From Scyliorhinus canicula (lineage: Eukaryota): a DNA stretch of 64,000 nt. Shown in pieces: positions 61,051-64,000 of this stretch (the stretch's first letter is position 1; every line of letters starts with the position of its first letter). The position numbers and the translations under genes are program-made. The notes below the pieces were generated by a model. The model had not been told where the DNA came from and made no database searches. It worked only from the letters and a program-made list of their open reading frames with translations. The stretch is from assembly GCF_902713615.1 (NCBI RefSeq), contig NW_024055475.1, positions 186,001 through 250,000 of the forward strand. Reading direction: 5' to 3'.

Positions 61051-62356
61051 GAAATGATGAGCTCCTGGAAGCCATAGCTTTGCCAAAGGAAGTATCCATT
61101 CTAAAGTGTAAGGCCCATACTCAAGACAACACTAGAGACGCACAAGGAAACACCCTTGCAGACCGAGTAGCAAAGGAAGCTGCCTCCCAGTAGGATTCTT
61201 CAGCAGAACCAAGACACATCTACAAATTGGGAGTGACCGATTTATTACAACATCTATGTGAAATGCAACATGTCTCTACACAAGAAGAGAAATGGTCATG
61301 GTTAGACTCGGGTATCCAGTGGTATGATGATGATATTTGGAGACAAGTTCAGACTGATAAACCAGTTGCCCCACAGGCACTGATGCCATTTCTGGCCCAA
61401 CAGATCCATTCATGGGGAGATTTAGCCCAAGGACAGATGATGGCTTGATTCCGGAAAAGTTGGTGTGGCAAAGGATTCAAAACACATGCACAATTGGTGT
61501 CAAACCGCTGTGTAACCTGTCAAAAGAACAACTTAGGACCCATAACATCAATGCCTCAGCTAAAAGCTCCTGCCCCTGCAGGACCATTCCAGAACATACA
61601 GGTCGATTACATCACCCTTCCTACATGTCAAAGATACACTGACATCCTTGTAATAGTGGATAGGTTCTCTAGATGGGCCGAGGCTGCTCCAGCCAGGAGG
61701 CCTACAGCCACCCATACAGCCAAAGTCCTATACAAAGACGATATTCCCAGATGGGGAGTACCAGCTCGCATTGACTCAGACAATGGAACCCATTTTACAG
61801 GTGCTGTTTGCCAGGAGGTTTGCAGGTTACTGAACATCGATTGGAATCTACAGTGCCCTTATACAGAATCATCAGGACAAGTGGAACGCATGAACCAGAC
61901 TTTAAAAGAACGATTGTCCAAATACAACCAAGAAGGCAGGAATTGGATTCAAGCCTTGCCACTAGTTTTGTGCAGTTTCAGAGCAACCCCAAACAGAACC
62001 ACAGGCCGAAGCCCATTTGAGGTCATCACTGGCAGACCCATGTCCCTGCCAGGAACTACTGACTTAAGAAAGGCAGATTTTCATCTGATGAGTGATGCTT
62101 TACTCAGTTATTGTCAAAACATAACAAATGCTGTCAGGTGTCGGCGGCGTGGGACGATCCTCCTGAGGGGGGGCACGACTTGGTGCCCGGCGAATCCGTT
62201 TACAGAAAACAAATTCAGCGCGATCCGTTAGCAGCCAAGTGGGAAGGCCCCTACCAGATATTACTCACAGCCCAGTCAGCTGTGAAACACCAAAGAAATA
62301 AATCATGGATTCACGCGTCACAGGTGAAGCGCACGTTCCAAAATCAGAATCTGTAA
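61051..62356 (+). mobile_element. pol: Endogenous retrovirus pol remnant (RNase H and integrase)
   Basis: ILKCKAHT..GNTLADRVAK (RNase H); CVTCQKNN; QVDY..IDSDNGTHF..QVERMN (D-D-E); KWEGPYQIL..WIHASQVK. Stop at 61446 and frameshifts. Confidence 0.93.
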
Positions 62357-62358
62357 AA

Positions 62359-63610
<1,252 letters not shown>

Positions 63611-64000
63611 GCTGGGGTGTGCATTGATGTTCTTTATAAATATTGACTAAATCAGCTTTGATTCAGACACTTTTGAATATTTGGTTTCCTCAACGATAAG
63701 AGGAGACTGATTTATCTGCTGAATTGGACATTATTTTGATCTTTTCTTACTCTGAATTATTTCTGTTCTCTGGTTCACCTTCTCCCAGATTAAACACTGA
63801 GCTTTCATCAATCCTATCAATCTGTTGGAGACATTAGGCGGTTGGTGAGTTTCACCTGATGTTGGTGTCAGTTGCCCTCGGGACGATTTCACATTTTTCT
63901 GAAATTCCAGTGTGGTTCTGTGTTGATGTAATGATTGGAGTTTCAGTTCCAATGCTGATGATGGAGGGCCTGTGCTGACAGAACCACAGAATCATTACAG

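Overview
Eukaryotic, cartilaginous-fish (shark-type) DNA; the catshark-like repeat content is an impression, not a species call. 2258-34549 is one apparently intact, unrearranged IgM heavy-chain cluster on +: leader, VH(23-RSS), D1(12/22), D2(12/12), JH(23), CH1-CH4 with secretory tail, TM1 and TM2. All splice phases are compatible and I found no in-frame stops. The 14.4-kb J-C intron holds a diverged ~620-bp duplication, ~9 kb of G-depleted CA/TCAC repeats, an abrupt flip to a G/A-rich block, and an AGCT-dense 29-bp array just before CH1. This is my best candidate for an undescribed system (a switch-region-like AID target), but it is inference only. The 11.5-kb CH4-TM1 intron is inflated by a minisatellite and an L1 (17-bp TSD) with a nested CR1. 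The rest is a C2H2 zinc-finger gene array (two long ORFs, several remnants, CpG-rich promoters) mixed with CR1/L2 LINEs, SINEs, a MITE and an LTR-less class I-like endogenous retrovirus pol-env fragment. Ig exon and RSS coordinates were counted by hand; most repeat boundaries are approximate.
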